Below are positions 1 to 12,768 of a DNA stretch of 64,000 bases, piece after piece. The stretch is from Lingula anatina. Taxonomy: Eukaryota > Animalia > Brachiopoda. Both the position numbers and the translations under genes were made by a program. The DNA is taken from contig CM120642.1 in the NCBI GenBank assembly GCA_051362555.1, positions 558,001-622,000 of the forward strand. The letters are read 5' to 3'. Under the pieces are notes generated by a model, which was given only the letters and a program-made list of their open reading frames with translations, was not told the DNA's origin and did not search any database. Position 1 is the first letter of the stretch. Each line of letters starts with the position of its first letter.

Positions 1-235
1 TAACTACTTGCAAATTTATCAAAGTCACAATAAAGAAAGATAAGGCCCTGTTAGAAGGGGACAGAAATGCCCCAGCACTGGGAACCCCTTCATCTGCACC
101 CTGTCAGTGCACAGTAGATTTGTGATACACAGAATCATTAGCTTCAGATATTTGTAGATTTTTTTTTTTTTTTGATATGTCAACTGATTACAGGGGGAAC
201 ATTTTAATCATATATATGGAAATAAATACTACTAT

Positions 236-410
236 GGCCCCATTCAGAATAGGGGACTGACTAGTCCCAGGATCAAATATGGCCGACCCACTTGAATACT
301 TCCCCACGGGATATCTATTCAGTGTGTATTAGCGGATAAGACGGCAAGCTTTGTATTGGGTTGCCATATTTGACCCTTGGACTAGTTAGTACCCTATTTT
401 GAATGGGGCC
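236..410. mobile_element. MITE with ~34-bp terminal inverted repeats
   Basis: Starts GGCCCCATTCAGAATAGGGGACTGACTAGTCCCA and ends TGGACTAGTTAGTACCCTATTTTGAATGGGGCC; no coding capacity; no clean TSD. Confidence 0.7.
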
Positions 411-1389
411 TACGAATAGTATTTTTAACCAGTTTTAATTTGATAAAAATGTTTCGGTGTCTGTATTGTCTTTGATCACATCGCAAACATGTCAAGGAAA
501 GATAAAACAATTCATGGGGTGTGTCCCTGGGTTACACCAGCGCAATCTCCTTCCCGTCCTGACCAAGTTTACTCCATAAACCTCTCACCTGGCTTAGCCA
601 GTGTTATGAGAGAGGCAAGGATTAGCCAGGGCAGTATACATGTAGGTATATCACACTGGGTGGAGCTGAGGCACAGTGAATTCAACACTGGATACAAACA
701 CTGTATGGAAATCTAGGGCTCAGCTGGGTCCAGTCTCTCTTAATGGGGCTAATATACTGGGTGTAATACTAGCCTTTATGTATGTGGGCTCTCTCTCTTT
801 AATATAACTTTTACGTATCTTTAAAATGTTTTTTATTTAAATATAAATTTATTTAAATTGGTTTATCATTTTTATTTTTAATATTTTAGTTTCATCAGTT
901 TCGTCATTCTACATGACAAAGATCATGTTTCTGATAAAACAAAATTACAGCTCACTCTTCCTAAATCATGTATGAAAACCTACATTATCTGCACTTACTA
1001 TATTTATAAATTTACTATTATTCCATTCATTCATCTATTCAATCAAAACAAACATTTATCTGTAGATAAACCTATTTCGAGAATCTCAACCACCAGGTTA
1101 TGATGCAAATATTCTTATCTGCCTAAAACAGACCAAAATACAACCGTATGATGTCAACAAAATGCGCGTTCCATGGCAAGACTCATTGCACAGTTTTACT
1201 GAAATTGCAGAAAACGTGACGAAGTCCGGTTGAAATGCCGCTTGTGAACTTTTTCTCAGGCCTGAATAAAAGTTGGTTTGAATGACTTTTACACTGTGAT
1301 CCAGATCTCAACCAAGCGCTACGATAAATCTGACAATAAACATAACATCAAATCCATACAAATAAGATTATAACCATGTTCTAACTCAC

Positions 1390-1512
1390 CTTAGACACTG
1401 TTAAAGCTGAACGGATTTCCGCACCTCCCTTTAAAGAAAATCCCCACGGACTACCCCCTTTCAAAACTACCTCCAAAGCCCGTACTTCCAGTCGTCTGCT
1501 CCCTTCTGTCAT
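1390..1512 (-). CDS. First coding exon of an N-terminal PDZ-domain protein, Shroom-like (PDLIM/synaptopodin-2 type not excluded); gene continues left of the window
   Basis: ATG at 1512; 41 codons MTEGSRRLEVRALEVVLKGGSPWGFSLKGGAEIRSALTVSK; phase-0 donor AAG|GTGAGT at 1389. GGxPWGFxLKGG is the carboxylate-binding loop typical of Shroom PDZ domains. Confidence 0.8.
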
Positions 1513-1683
1513 GCTCGTGTGCTTTGAAAACGCTATATATCGACATAAACTTGTTCTGAAGCTTGTTTGTAAATCCGGCACAACTTTTGGCGAAGTTTTT
1601 TGTCTGTGATCAACTTCCAAGTTTCACTCATGGTTTGCCCGATGCCGAAAGTGTGTCACGCAAGGCGAGGAAAATTGGGACTC

Positions 1684-1695
1684 TGCGCATGCTCA
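1684..1695. promoter_or_regulatory. NRF1-like site in the putative promoter of the PDZ gene
   Basis: TGCGCATGCTCA, 11/12 match to TGCGCATGCGCA, ~170 bp upstream of the ATG in a locally CpG-rich stretch. Confidence 0.45.
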
Positions 1696-2952
1696 GTGAT
1701 ACTATTCTTAATTATGCAATTAGCATTCTGAAATACATCCCATTTGTTGGGCGTTCGTCGCATTGCTTGCATGTCACAACTAACGCATTTGAACTTTTCT
1801 TTTCTCCATAAGACATCTTTACAAGAAAAATCACGTATGCAAACATTATATCACCACAACAGCTCTAATGAAACAGTCTGTCTTTTTCAACAAATTTGTA
1901 GGTCTATTTCAAAACTGACTCTTTTAGTTGATGGCTTGTGGGAGGTGATTTCTTACTTCCACGTCTTCCCATTTAGCCATTATGACATTATAACAGAATC
2001 ACAAAATCATTTACCGGTATCACAGAATCAATTGAACCTGAGGTCGGCAAAATGAAAAATAAAAAAAAACTTTCGTCTTGAAATAAAAAATACAAAATTA
2101 TTTTTAAAAAAAAACTATTTTTAACTGTTTATTTATCTTTTTAAAGATGAAAGGATAGTTTTCAGAAAATCTTTGTGTCCAAAATCAGAAAATTTATGCC
2201 TAAGTTGCAGGCTCGCTGCTTACAGGCTCAAAGTCAAATTACACACTTTTGAAGATTTCCCAGTTACATTTTCTTTGTCTACATAACCGGCAAAGCTACT
2301 TACCTTTCTCAATTCAGGCCATAAAACGATAAAACCTTTGAAACAAAAAGCAAAAAGCAGATTTTTTTCTCCTGAATTGCACAGGAAGATATAGCGGTGT
2401 AAACCTATTTACAGAGATATTTACAGAGAATTTTTTATTTAAAAATCGTATTGAAAACCGAATCTATGTGAAGGGACCGGTCGATCAATGATGCGTGTGT
2501 AAGACTTTTTTTTCACGGGGAAAATTCGAGGAAAATTCGATTTGGTGTGTGAAATTTTTTACAGCATTTTAAGATAAATATTTCTTAACTAAAATAAAGA
2601 GAAATGAAAAAATACCCACCAAATTCTCAATTTTTAGGTGTCACAGCAGATCAGAAACTTTGTCATTATAATGGTTATATTGCAAAATGATCGAAATAAG
2701 AAAAATTCTATTGAAAATCACTGGAGGGCCGATCGCAGAGATGTTTGTTAAAATTTAATTCGACGAGAAGTGGTGTTTTAAACGCTCTGACTTTAAAATA
2801 AATACAATGAAAAATTGAAAACCAAAAAACTTTTGACTGAGCCTGTCAATCACATTATCTTCTACGCTTATTACGACAGAAATGTGCAGAAGTCCTGAGC
2901 AATCGGCAAGAACGGTCTTGCATGATCTCGTCGGCAACGCGTTGCCGTACCT

Positions 2953-2954
2953 TA

Positions 2955-3005
<51 letters not shown>

Positions 3006-4742
3006 GATTCTTATATGGCGCCTTACATTCTATCTCAAGGCGCCTTACAATAATGGCTAATATACTAAAATCATTAAAATGACTACAATATTTTAATCAT
3101 AAACTCTCATTGGAAACCATTTAAAATTTACACTACTAAAAATCAATCTTATTAAAAAAAAAAAAAAAACATATATATATTAAAATAAAATCTAAGAGAT
3201 ATAGACAGAATTAAAAAAGTGGGTCTTTAAAAGAGATTTAAAATTGTCAAAGTCTTCTGTTTTCCTAATAAAATTTGGTAGACCATTCCACACTCTTGGG
3301 GCATAGATTATAAAAGCACGATCTCCATAACTTTTTAGGCACCCCTTCTCTAAAACAGAATGTTCTAAAATAAAATCATTCTCAGTATTAAAACGTGTGG
3401 ACCGCCGTGGTAAGTTAAAACAGATAAGATCAGATAAATATAATGGTCCTTGTGAATGGATCGCCTTAAAAATAATACAGAGTACTTTAAAATCAATCCT
3501 CTGCTTCACAGGCAGCCAGTGTAATTCTTTCAGAATGGGAGTGATATGGTGTGTACTATTGTACTTAATTTGACAAACCAGTCTTGCAGCTGAGTTTTGA
3601 ATAACTTGTAACTTTTTAATCTGATAGTCACAAATACCAAAGAGGAAACTATTGCAGTAATCTAATCTTGATGATATAAATGCATGTACTAATTTTTCAG
3701 TGGTTTTGTTATCTAACACTTTCCTTATTTTTCCAATGCGCCATAGTGCATAAGATGCTGATTTACACACTTCAGATACACGCTTGCCCATAGTGCCATT
3801 TTCATCGAGGGTAACTCCCAGATCTTTTACAGAACTAGATGGTTTTATAAGAACATCTCCTATGCAAATGTTGGCATTTGCTACATTTTTTTTATTTGCC
3901 TTGAACCTTGATGTAAACCATATCAACTCAGTCTTACTATCATTTAAAGCCAACATGTTCACTTTCATCCATTCTCGAATCTCTGCAAGACAAGTCTCCA
4001 TAGAAGTGATTGTTGCAGACTGGCTGCTCTTGCATGTAATATATACTTGTGTGTCATCTGCAAAAATAACAGTGTTCAGACCATGCTTTAGTATGATATC
4101 TTCTACAGGTAACATGTATAATGAGAATAGGATCGGACCTAACACAGACCCTTGTGGAACACCGTACTCCAAGTTAACTGTCTGAGATAAAACCGACTCT
4201 ATTGAAACCCTTTGTGTTCTGTTTTTCAGGTAAGAGGTAAACCAACTAAGTGCAAGTCCATTCACTCTAAAACGATGCTGCAACCTGTGAAGAAGAATAT
4301 TATGATCTATGGTATCGAAAGCCGCTGAAAGGTCTAGAAGAACTAAAATGACATCTCTTTGTTTATCCAGGGCAAGCATTATGTCGTTGTGGACTCGAAG
4401 TAGAGCTGTCTCAGTGCTGTGGCCTTCTCTATAGGCAGACTGGAATTTCCCAAAGAGTTTATTTTCAGATAGATAGCTGCTTAGTTGGGAACATGCCATT
4501 TTTTCAAGAAATTTACCTAAAAAGGGTAGATTTGATATTGGTCTATAGTTTTTCAGGACATTTTTACACAGCCCTTGCTTTTTAAGTAATGGTCTAACAA
4601 TTGCAGTTTTGCAGTTTGATGGAAAGATACCTGTTGAGAAAGACAGATTTACTAATCTCAAGAGAACTGGAGATAACACACTAATACACTCTTTCACTAT
4701 ATATGTTGGCATGGGATCCAGAGCACAAAACTTAGAACTTTC
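2953..4742 (-). mobile_element. 5'-truncated L2/CR1-group non-LTR retrotransposon
   Basis: Uninterrupted RT ORF; 3' UTR ends TGTAAGGCGCCTTGAG...GTAAGGCGCCATATAAGAATC followed by a (TTA)n tail at 2953-3004, an L2-type stem-loop plus microsatellite tail; LINE homology starts near SKFCALDPMPT. Confidence 0.9.
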
Positions 4743-4892
4743 GACAGATACTCGCGTTTTCAGCCCGGCAATGGCTAGCTGGCTGGGAAGCTGTGCGTTA
4801 AAGAAGGTGTGCAACAAAGAAAGAAGATTGTCAGCAAATGCCAGACCCTTTGCTGCTTTTTTGATGAACCCCACGGCAACACACTGAGGCAT
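3192..4892 (-). CDS. LINE reverse transcriptase ORF2 (endonuclease domain missing)
   Basis: Motifs NYRPISNLPF, QSAYR, LDLSAAFDTIDH, GVPQGSVLGP, FADD, SRLDYCNS, LHWLPV. The first ~50 codons are flanking non-LINE sequence. Confidence 0.88.
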   Translation of the reverse strand: MPQCVAVGFIKKAAKGLAFADNLLSLLHTFFNAQLPSQLAIAGLKTRVSVESSKFCALDPMPTYIVKECISVLSPVLLRLVNLSFSTGIFPSNCKTAIVRPLLKKQGLCKNVLKNYRPISNLPFLGKFLEKMACSQLSSYLSENKLFGKFQSAYREGHSTETALLRVHNDIMLALDKQRDVILVLLDLSAAFDTIDHNILLHRLQHRFRVNGLALSWFTSYLKNRTQRVSIESVLSQTVNLEYGVPQGSVLGPILFSLYMLPVEDIILKHGLNTVIFADDTQVYITCKSSQSATITSMETCLAEIREWMKVNMLALNDSKTELIWFTSRFKANKKNVANANICIGDVLIKPSSSVKDLGVTLDENGTMGKRVSEVCKSASYALWRIGKIRKVLDNKTTEKLVHAFISSRLDYCNSFLFGICDYQIKKLQVIQNSAARLVCQIKYNSTHHITPILKELHWLPVKQRIDFKVLCIIFKAIHSQGPLYLSDLICFNLPRRSTRFNTENDFILEHSVLEKGCLKSYGDRAFIIYAPRVWNGLPNFIRKTEDFDNFKSLLKTHFFNSVYIS

Positions 4893-7315
4893 AACGGAAA
4901 TTGCACGACCCCGTTCAGCACAACTTTCCTAAACTTCTCTGTCTGTACTTAGCATGCAGCTCAGCTCAGTCTCAAAGACCTTTATCGTCTATGTCGTCAC
5001 AGTAACATGTGACCCATGTCTGTTGCTTCATTTTTGCATATTGAGGTGACGTTTACTAAAACGCTCTTTTTCTACTAATAGATTGTTTTATACTTTTTAA
5101 ATGGTGGGGATTGATTAAAACGTCTAGTGTATAGATTGAGTGCTGAATCATCAAAATTCGAGAAATGGATTTTTACGTGGCCAGAATCCTTTAAATTGAC
5201 AGTCTCTCCAGGGGCGGATCCAGGATTATTTGAATGGGGTCCAATCTTTTTAGGAATGACTCGAAAAAGAAGCCGACCCTCGGCCCCCTTGGGGTGTTTT
5301 AAAGGGCAAACAGTGCCATAGGTAAAGCATAAGTAAAGCAATAGCGGCAATGTCACTTTTGAAAAAAACTTTTCTTGCTGATAATCCCAACGAGCAGATA
5401 GCTTGTCAAAAAAGATCACTCACTCTAAACTATACCGGATTTTTATGCAAAAGGTAATTAGCCCGGACACACGACAGCCTGCATTTGTTTTCGATTGCAG
5501 GGTCAGCTCGTTGATGTGGTGACATGCGTCTTCTGAGATTTGAACCCATGTCTTGCCATTACAATGATTTGCTGATGGTTTGGTATTATTTTGCATCCAA
5601 GCATGTTACTGACTCCGCCGTGACTGCCCCCCCCCCCTCATATAGTAATCAAATGCAAATTTTAGAAATTATTTCGAGCAAAATAATCACATTGAATATC
5701 TTGGAATTCGAATCCCACATATAAATGTCTTGCTGTGTCCAAGAAGGCGGACTTTCCAAGGAAACATTGTAGCTTTGTTGGTAAGGTACGGATCCAATGG
5801 AAACTTTCTGCTTTCTCACAAGGAATGCCAGTTTGGCTGAACATGTATATATCTGCCGAGAGAACGAAGGGACCGAAAAAATTGGTATTTCAGAGGGAGA
5901 ACGGTGCCACTTGTTACGGTTTAGAACTATGAATTAGCTAACCAAAATTCTAATTTCAAGGGAAGAATATTTCTTCAGAACCCCCTTAATATGCCAATGT
6001 ATGACTTGGTGTTATGGCGGGATATATACTGAATCAATTCAAGTTTGGTCGCTTTTATTGATAAGTCTGCCCGGAAAGTTCCTAGTAGTTAGATGACTTC
6101 ATATGCTTTTACTTTCATTTTGTTTTACAATGAGATTACTGAGAGATTACACTATACTGACATTACACTGATTTTGACTTCACCTGGGACGTTATGGAGC
6201 ACCACGGGAGCCAAAGCGGTTCACACCTTATCGGTTTAAGATATGAACAGTCTTGACCATTTGAAATGCCGACTGTGGGGTTGCCCCAGACACTCTATGA
6301 TCATCTGAACAGTCTTGATAAGCAGGGGCCCGAGGGGGTGGGCATGAAAAAAAAAACGTTTGGGTAATTAAATGACAAGTACCAAATCTTTGGAAAAAAG
6401 AGTCCCTGAGGTGACAATCATACTAAGATCACAATGTTGACAAGCTTACTGTATTAAAAACAGAATTATTTTTGCATAAATGGTCAGATGAAACTGATTT
6501 TCAAGCTTGACCTATATTTTACTATTATTCATCAGTTCTGTAAGTTTGAAGGCGAGGACTTATTTTGCCATCATTTAAGAAGCGCAGGGCAACGACAGCA
6601 ATGAAGGTGACAACGGACACGGGTGATGGCCACATGTACAGATATGCTGCGTCTGTACAGAAAACGAGACAGTATTTATGGGTAGCCAGTATCAGATATC
6701 TCACACATCTTCTTAACATGTTGCATATTTAAAAAAGCTTATTTCTACAGCTATTTATTTCATATCATTATTTCATTACGTACTTGTTACGCAGGGAAAT
6801 ATAATGCTTCATTTCTTACACACAAATAATGAGATGTAATGCAGACATTTCTATACCTTACAAGGGTTTTGTCTTAGTAATTTAGTTGTCCTGAGCAGGG
6901 AATTATATCCGATATAATTCCCTGACCTGAGAGAATATTTTGTGAAAGTAAATGATGGAGTTGATAAGCTTTTCAACACTAAAATGAATATGCCCTCATT
7001 GCAGTTCAATTAAGGGTATGTTTTAAAAATGTTTCATGCACTTATGCAAAAATTACAGATTCAGGTTAAATGATGTAGTCCAACTTCTCATACTGCCATG
7101 CTGAGAGAAAATAGAGATGGGCTAACACAAATGAAGAGAGAGAGAGATCTCATGAGAATAATATCACCGATACACCTTGCAATTTTTAATGGACATTAAG
7201 AGAGGTTGAGTTTCTAGTCAATTTCCCTGAAACAGTGTACAAGTTAACTGTTCAATGATTATTTAAAGTTATATATCCCGTAAGCCAAAATCAGACTTAA
7301 AACAATTTTATATGA

Positions 7316-8370
7316 GGGGTCCGCCATATACATGTAGATAAACGTCCTAATAAAATATTCGTCCCGATAGATAAGTCTCTATACATACGCGTCTCAATAG
7401 ATTTACATCTCGTTAAATTTACGTTCCGATAGATCCACCAACAGATTCCTATAAGCCCACGTATCTTTAGATCCAGGTACCGCTAGATCCATCTATCTGA
7501 CATCGTATAATCGGCTAAAATGCCGATATCAACTTGAGATACAGGTATGAGTCTTTAAAGTGATATATTGACTGCGAGTACTGACCCACTTAGTGATCTG
7601 ACTTAATTACAACCTGATATTTATTACCTTGAAGGTATGGTAAGCTCTAAAAAGGCGCAAGTACCCTTAGAAAACGAATTTACACCCGGGTAAACTGCGT
7701 TTTTCCTGGACTTAATTTTACCAGTCCATTTTTGTTCTAAATCATCAATCCAAACTATCCAAGAGCACTTTTACAATTATTTTGAGTTTCTTACGATGTC
7801 TTTTGAGATACTATGACAGATTTCAAATTCTCCCAACCTACACATTACTTAAATTATGTAAAAGTTGTCGATTAATTGCATTTCCAAACAAACTATGTTG
7901 TTTACAAGGGTCCGTCGGAAGGGGGGGGGCGGGAGGGGGCTGCAGCCAATAACTAGCTCATGTATCTTCCCCTGGCTTTTGCTACCCTTGCTCGCACTGC
8001 CTCCCCCCCCCAAAAAAAAAATAAATAAATAAATAAATACAAAATTAACGGGAGTGTAAACTTGGCATATAAATAAAAATTATGAGCATTTTCGAGAACA
8101 AACTTTTTTGAGCAATAGTGTACCTGTAATGGATCTATCGGTATTTGGATATGAAAATACGTGGATCAATAGGATTTATAGTACGCGGGTTTATGTGGAC
8201 GTCGTATCTATAAGAACGCAAGTGCATAGGACTGTGGTAAAAAATCGGATCTATTGGTATATAAATAAAAAAAGACGATTTTTTTTTCAGTTTTTCCTTT
8301 ATGTATCTATCGGTAACGGGAGTATAGGGACGTGTAATATTTTGGGACTAAATTTTATCCGTACGTACCC
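7316..8370. mobile_element. Non-autonomous DNA transposon (MULE/foldback-like), copy A only
   Basis: TTATATGA duplicated at 7308-7315 and 8371-8378; degenerate G-initiated inverted ends with GATAGAT-type subterminal repeats; empty site in copy B (~27960) and copy C (~54580). Confidence 0.7.
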
Positions 8371-8892
8371 TTATATGAAACTGGAGGTTACACGTGTAAT
8401 AAAATATAATGTTCCTGGACATTTTTGCTGGAGAAAAAGTATAATCTGTGCTGTTTTGGTTCCCTGGTGTCTCTATGATGTTGGCTTCAGATGGGGCCAT
8501 AGTAATACCCCAAAGGTTTAATAGTCTGCAGGTTCATTGGTCTAAATGTTCACTATAGAACCTTCGGACCAGATTAATAAACTAGTGAAAATGTTACAAT
8601 TTTTTCGGACCAATGAACCTTCCGACTATTGAGAAGCTCCCTACAGATCATGCATCTTGTGGTCAGACCAGAGAGCCCACCCCTGAGCCAGAAGACTCAT
8701 GAGAATGATATTAATGGCACACCTTGCGATTATTAATGGATATTAAGAGAGATTGAGTTTCTAGTCACGTCCCTAAAACAGTGTACAAACTGTTCAATGA
8801 TGATTTAAGGTGGTTATATATCTTGGTAGTCAAAATCAGACTTAAAACAACTTTATATAAAACTAGAGGTTATAACACAGTCATATAATATA

Positions 8893-9059
8893 ACAGGCCC
8901 GTAGCCAGGGGGATTAGGTGGGTTCGAAAGAACCCCCTTTTTGCCGGGAAAAGGTCCCCCTCAGGGTAAAATTTAATCTAGGTACACGGAGGTTTCAGGG
9001 TGAAAAGTCCACTACTTCAGAAAAAGAACCCCCTTTTCAAATTGCTGGCTATGGGCCTG
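8893..9059. mobile_element. Short MITE present in all three copies (also ~28488-28652 and ~57044-57211)
   Basis: TIRs CAGGCCCGTAGCCAG / CTGGCTATGGGCCTG. Confidence 0.65.
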
Positions 9060-9257
9060 TACAGTATAACGTTCATGGACATTTTTTGCAGGAGAAAAAG
9101 TATAATTGTCATTTTGCTGTCATGATATCATACTGGTTGTTTTAGGGTGAAATTTGTGCTGTTTTGGTATCCATGGTGTTCTCCATGCTGTTCTCTATAC
9201 AGACCATCTTAAGGTTAGGCCAAAGGGTCAACCTCTAGACCCAGCGGGTGTGGGTTT

Positions 9258-11701
9258 TGTCTCAGTTTTTTGTCTCAGTTTTTGTCTCAGTCGGTGCATT
9301 GACCTGGGCATGACGCTCGTTGAAATGCACCCTTGTCAAAATTTTTGAAAATTCAATACCAATTATCTACCCTACGGAAGGAATTATGGGAAAAATTTGT
9401 ACAGACGGCCTTCCAAAAGTCATATGTGTACATTACAAATATGCCCTTGGATTTGACCTTTGACCTTTATTCCAAGGTCAAAGGGGCCAAAATTTTCAAA
9501 AAAAAAAAAATTTTTTTACAAAAAAAAAAAATTATTTGCGGTGTTATTCAGACACTACACAGACTTAACCAATAATATTATTGGAAAGTGTTACCCTTTG
9601 GGTTATCTTTCATCTCCGTGAATTTGGGGTCAATCAGTGCATTTTCACGGGAGTAGCGGCCATAAGATTCCGAAACTGAAAACTGTCTCTAATTCAGAAA
9701 CCGTTAATGCTAGAGACCCATTCTTTTTCGCATTTTGTAGAGCATGTAAGGCCCAACATTGGATGTGGTGTCCGTTTTTTTTTTTTGCATTTCATACGGT
9801 TTTCGTGTTATGCTGTATTAAAAAGTACATTGTGGTGGCACATTATTGTAACTCAGAATTGTAACATATAGTCCCTTATATCTCCAAAACTGGCAGAGAT
9901 AGATCAATAGTTATAGTTTAAGTTGAATAGGAAGTCATTTACTGGCAATCTAAATGTGACCTTGAAATTGACCTTTGACCTATTTTTCACCATGAACTGA
10001 ACTTTGCAAATTTTTGTTCCCTTTTATCTCCAAAACTGGCAGAGATACGTCAATAGTTACTATTGAAGTTGAATAGGAAGTCATATACTGGCAATCTAAG
10101 TGTGACCTTGAAATTGACCTTTGACCTACTTTTTACCATGAACTGAACTCTGCTAATTTATTTCCCTTTTAACTCCATACCTGGCAAAGATAGGTCCACA
10201 GTTACTATTGAAGTTGAATAGGAAGTTATATACTGGTAATCTTACTCTGATCTTGAAATTGACTTTTGACCTACTTTACACCTTAAACTGAACTTTGCAA
10301 CTTTTTTAATGCTTATACTTTCAAAACTGGCAAAGATATGCCTATAGTTACTATTGAATTTGAATAGAAAGTCATTAGAGGCAATTTACTGTGACCTTAA
10401 AATAGACTTATAACCTACTTTTCACCATGAACTGAACTTTGTAAATTTTTGTTCCCTTTTATCTCCAAAACTGGCAGAGATAGGTCCATAGTTACTATTG
10501 AACTTGAATAGGAAGTCATATACTGGCAATCTAAGTGTGTCTTTTAAATTGACCTTTTACCTACTTTTTATCCAGATTTGAACTTTGCAAATTTTGGTTC
10601 CCTTTTATCTCCAAAACTGGCAAAGATACGCCCATAGTTACTATTGAATTTGAATAGAAAGTCACTAGAGGCAATTTACTGTGACCTTAAAAGTGACCTT
10701 TGACCTACTTTTCACCATGAACTGAACTTTGCAAATGTTTGTTCCCTTTTATCTCCAAAACTGGCAGAGATAGGTCCATAGTTACTATTGCACTTCAATA
10801 GGAAGTCATATACTGGCAATCTAAGTGTGACCTTGAAATTGACCTTTGACCTACTTTTCATCATGAATTGAACTTTGTAAAATTTGGTTTCCTTTTATCT
10901 CCAAAACTGGCAGAGATAGGTCCATAGTTACTATTGAACTTGAATAGGAAGTCATTTACTGGCAATCTAAGTGTGTCTTTGAAATTGACCTTTTACCTAC
11001 TTTTTATCCTGATTTGAACTTTGCAAATTTTGGTTCCCTTTTATCTCCAAAACTGGCAAAGATACGCCCATAGTTACTATTGAATTTGAATAGAAAGTCA
11101 CTAGAGGCAATTTACTGTGACCTTAAAAGTGACCTTTGACCTACTTTTCACCATGAACTGAACTTTGCAAATGTTTGTTCCCTTTTATCTCCAAAACAAG
11201 AATCTTATTATTATTATTACTAAAACTGGCAGAGATAGGTCCATAGTTACTATTGCACTTCAATAGGAAGTCATATACTGGCAATCTAAGTGTGACCTTG
11301 AAATTGACCTTTGACCTACTTTTCATCATGAATTGAACTTTGTAAAATTTGGTTTCCTTTTATCTCCAAAACTGGCAGAGATAGGTCCATAGTTACTATT
11401 GAACTTGAATAGGAAGTCATATACTGGCAATTAACTGTGACTTTAAAATTGACCTTTGACCTACTTTTTATGATAAAATGAATTTTGATTGTACCATTTT
11501 TGGTTATATTTTTTTTGCATATTTTGCGAATTCTTGTTGATTGCATTTTATAGAGCTTGTCAAGCATAAGACTGGTGGTGGTGTCTTTTTTTTTTTGGGG
11601 GGGGGGGGTGGGGGGTGGGGGGGGGCGGGTTCCATATGAATGCGCTTGCTCCAGCTGGTGGTACTATATCAGGAGGCGGTATCGCCTCTCTGATCCTCTA
11701 G
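9258..11701 (+). mobile_element. Non-autonomous Helitron carrying an internal satellite, copy A only
   Basis: 3' hairpin GAGGCG-GTAT-CGCCTC (11673-11688), then CTAG (11698-11701) and T. It replaces ~200 bp seen in copies B and C; the 5' boundary is approximate. Confidence 0.7.
9875..11475. repeat. Tandem satellite, ~11 units of 144-146 bp
   Basis: CCAAAACTGGCAGAGATAGG anchor, with some degenerate units, at ~9884, 10030, 10175, 10321, 10465, 10611, 10755, 10901, 11047, 11191 and 11366. Confidence 0.95.
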
Positions 11702-12465
11702 TTAATTAGTACATTACCAACCCTGTTTGTAAGTATTATAAATGTGTTGATCAGCACTGTCCCTTACGATATTCAAAATACAATACATTGATATATAAAT
11801 AAGAAAATGAACTAAAGAACTCAAATAAGGTCACATAATGATATATTTTAGGGTATATAATATTAAATTGTACACCTGCTAAAAGTCACCTCATTTTTCG
11901 AAATGGATAAAACATGTTTCACGCTGAACAGAAAAAGCGGGTCTGTACATTTCCTGCGAATGTCTTAGGAAAATTAAATGCAAAAACGAACAGATGTATT
12001 CAAATGAACATGGTTGTCATTGCATGGTTTCTTGCGTGTTACTTCCATTAAGAGGAACACCGCGGCACTGTCCCAGTATTCAGTGAAACCTTCTTGACAC
12101 TTGGATGTCTTACTGCCTGATCTGGTGAGGTAAGTTTTATCACATCACTGGCACAGCCTAAGAGTAAAACTGGCCTGCTACTGTGAGGTCTTATTGCCTG
12201 ATCTGATGAGGTAAGTTTTGTCATTAGAAAAAAAAAAAAGATCAGTGCAATTTTCGCTTTTAATTTACCATCAAGTTGAGATTACATGACACATCTGGAT
12301 CAGAAATATATTGTTTCCTTCATATCCAGTTGTGAACCCGTGCCTATAATAATGTGAGCATTTTCAAATATTGGTATTCATATTTCTTTTGAGACACTGG
12401 TACTTGTGATTAGAGTGAACAAAGATTAAGAGAACTGTCATTAAAATTACTACAATTTTGACTTC

Positions 12466-12507
<42 letters not shown>

Positions 12508-12768
12508 CATGAATTGTAATTTCACTCGTTTATTGTAATGACCGATGACAAAGACAGCTTGAAACATGTACATGTTAAATTGTCTTGTGTTCATCACTTA
12601 GTATTCACTTATAATGTAGGCAAGGTAGATAAAAGGTAATACTTCTCAAACGGATTGTCCTTTGTTTTTATGGTTATTGTCTCATGTACAGTATCATATA
12701 TATTGTTTATGTATTTGAAAAATGCGTTATGTAGTGAGCCTGTAAAATGTACAGAGTATCTGTTAACA

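Noticed and set aside
2882-3082. ORF with a poly-Ile tract
   Set aside because: Translation of the L2 (TAA)n tail.
3784-4887. Plus-strand ORFs of 133 and 92 aa
   Set aside because: Antisense shadows of the L2 RT ORF.
9875-11475. Regular repeats as a CRISPR-like array
   Set aside because: No unique spacers; whole units repeat; eukaryotic context.
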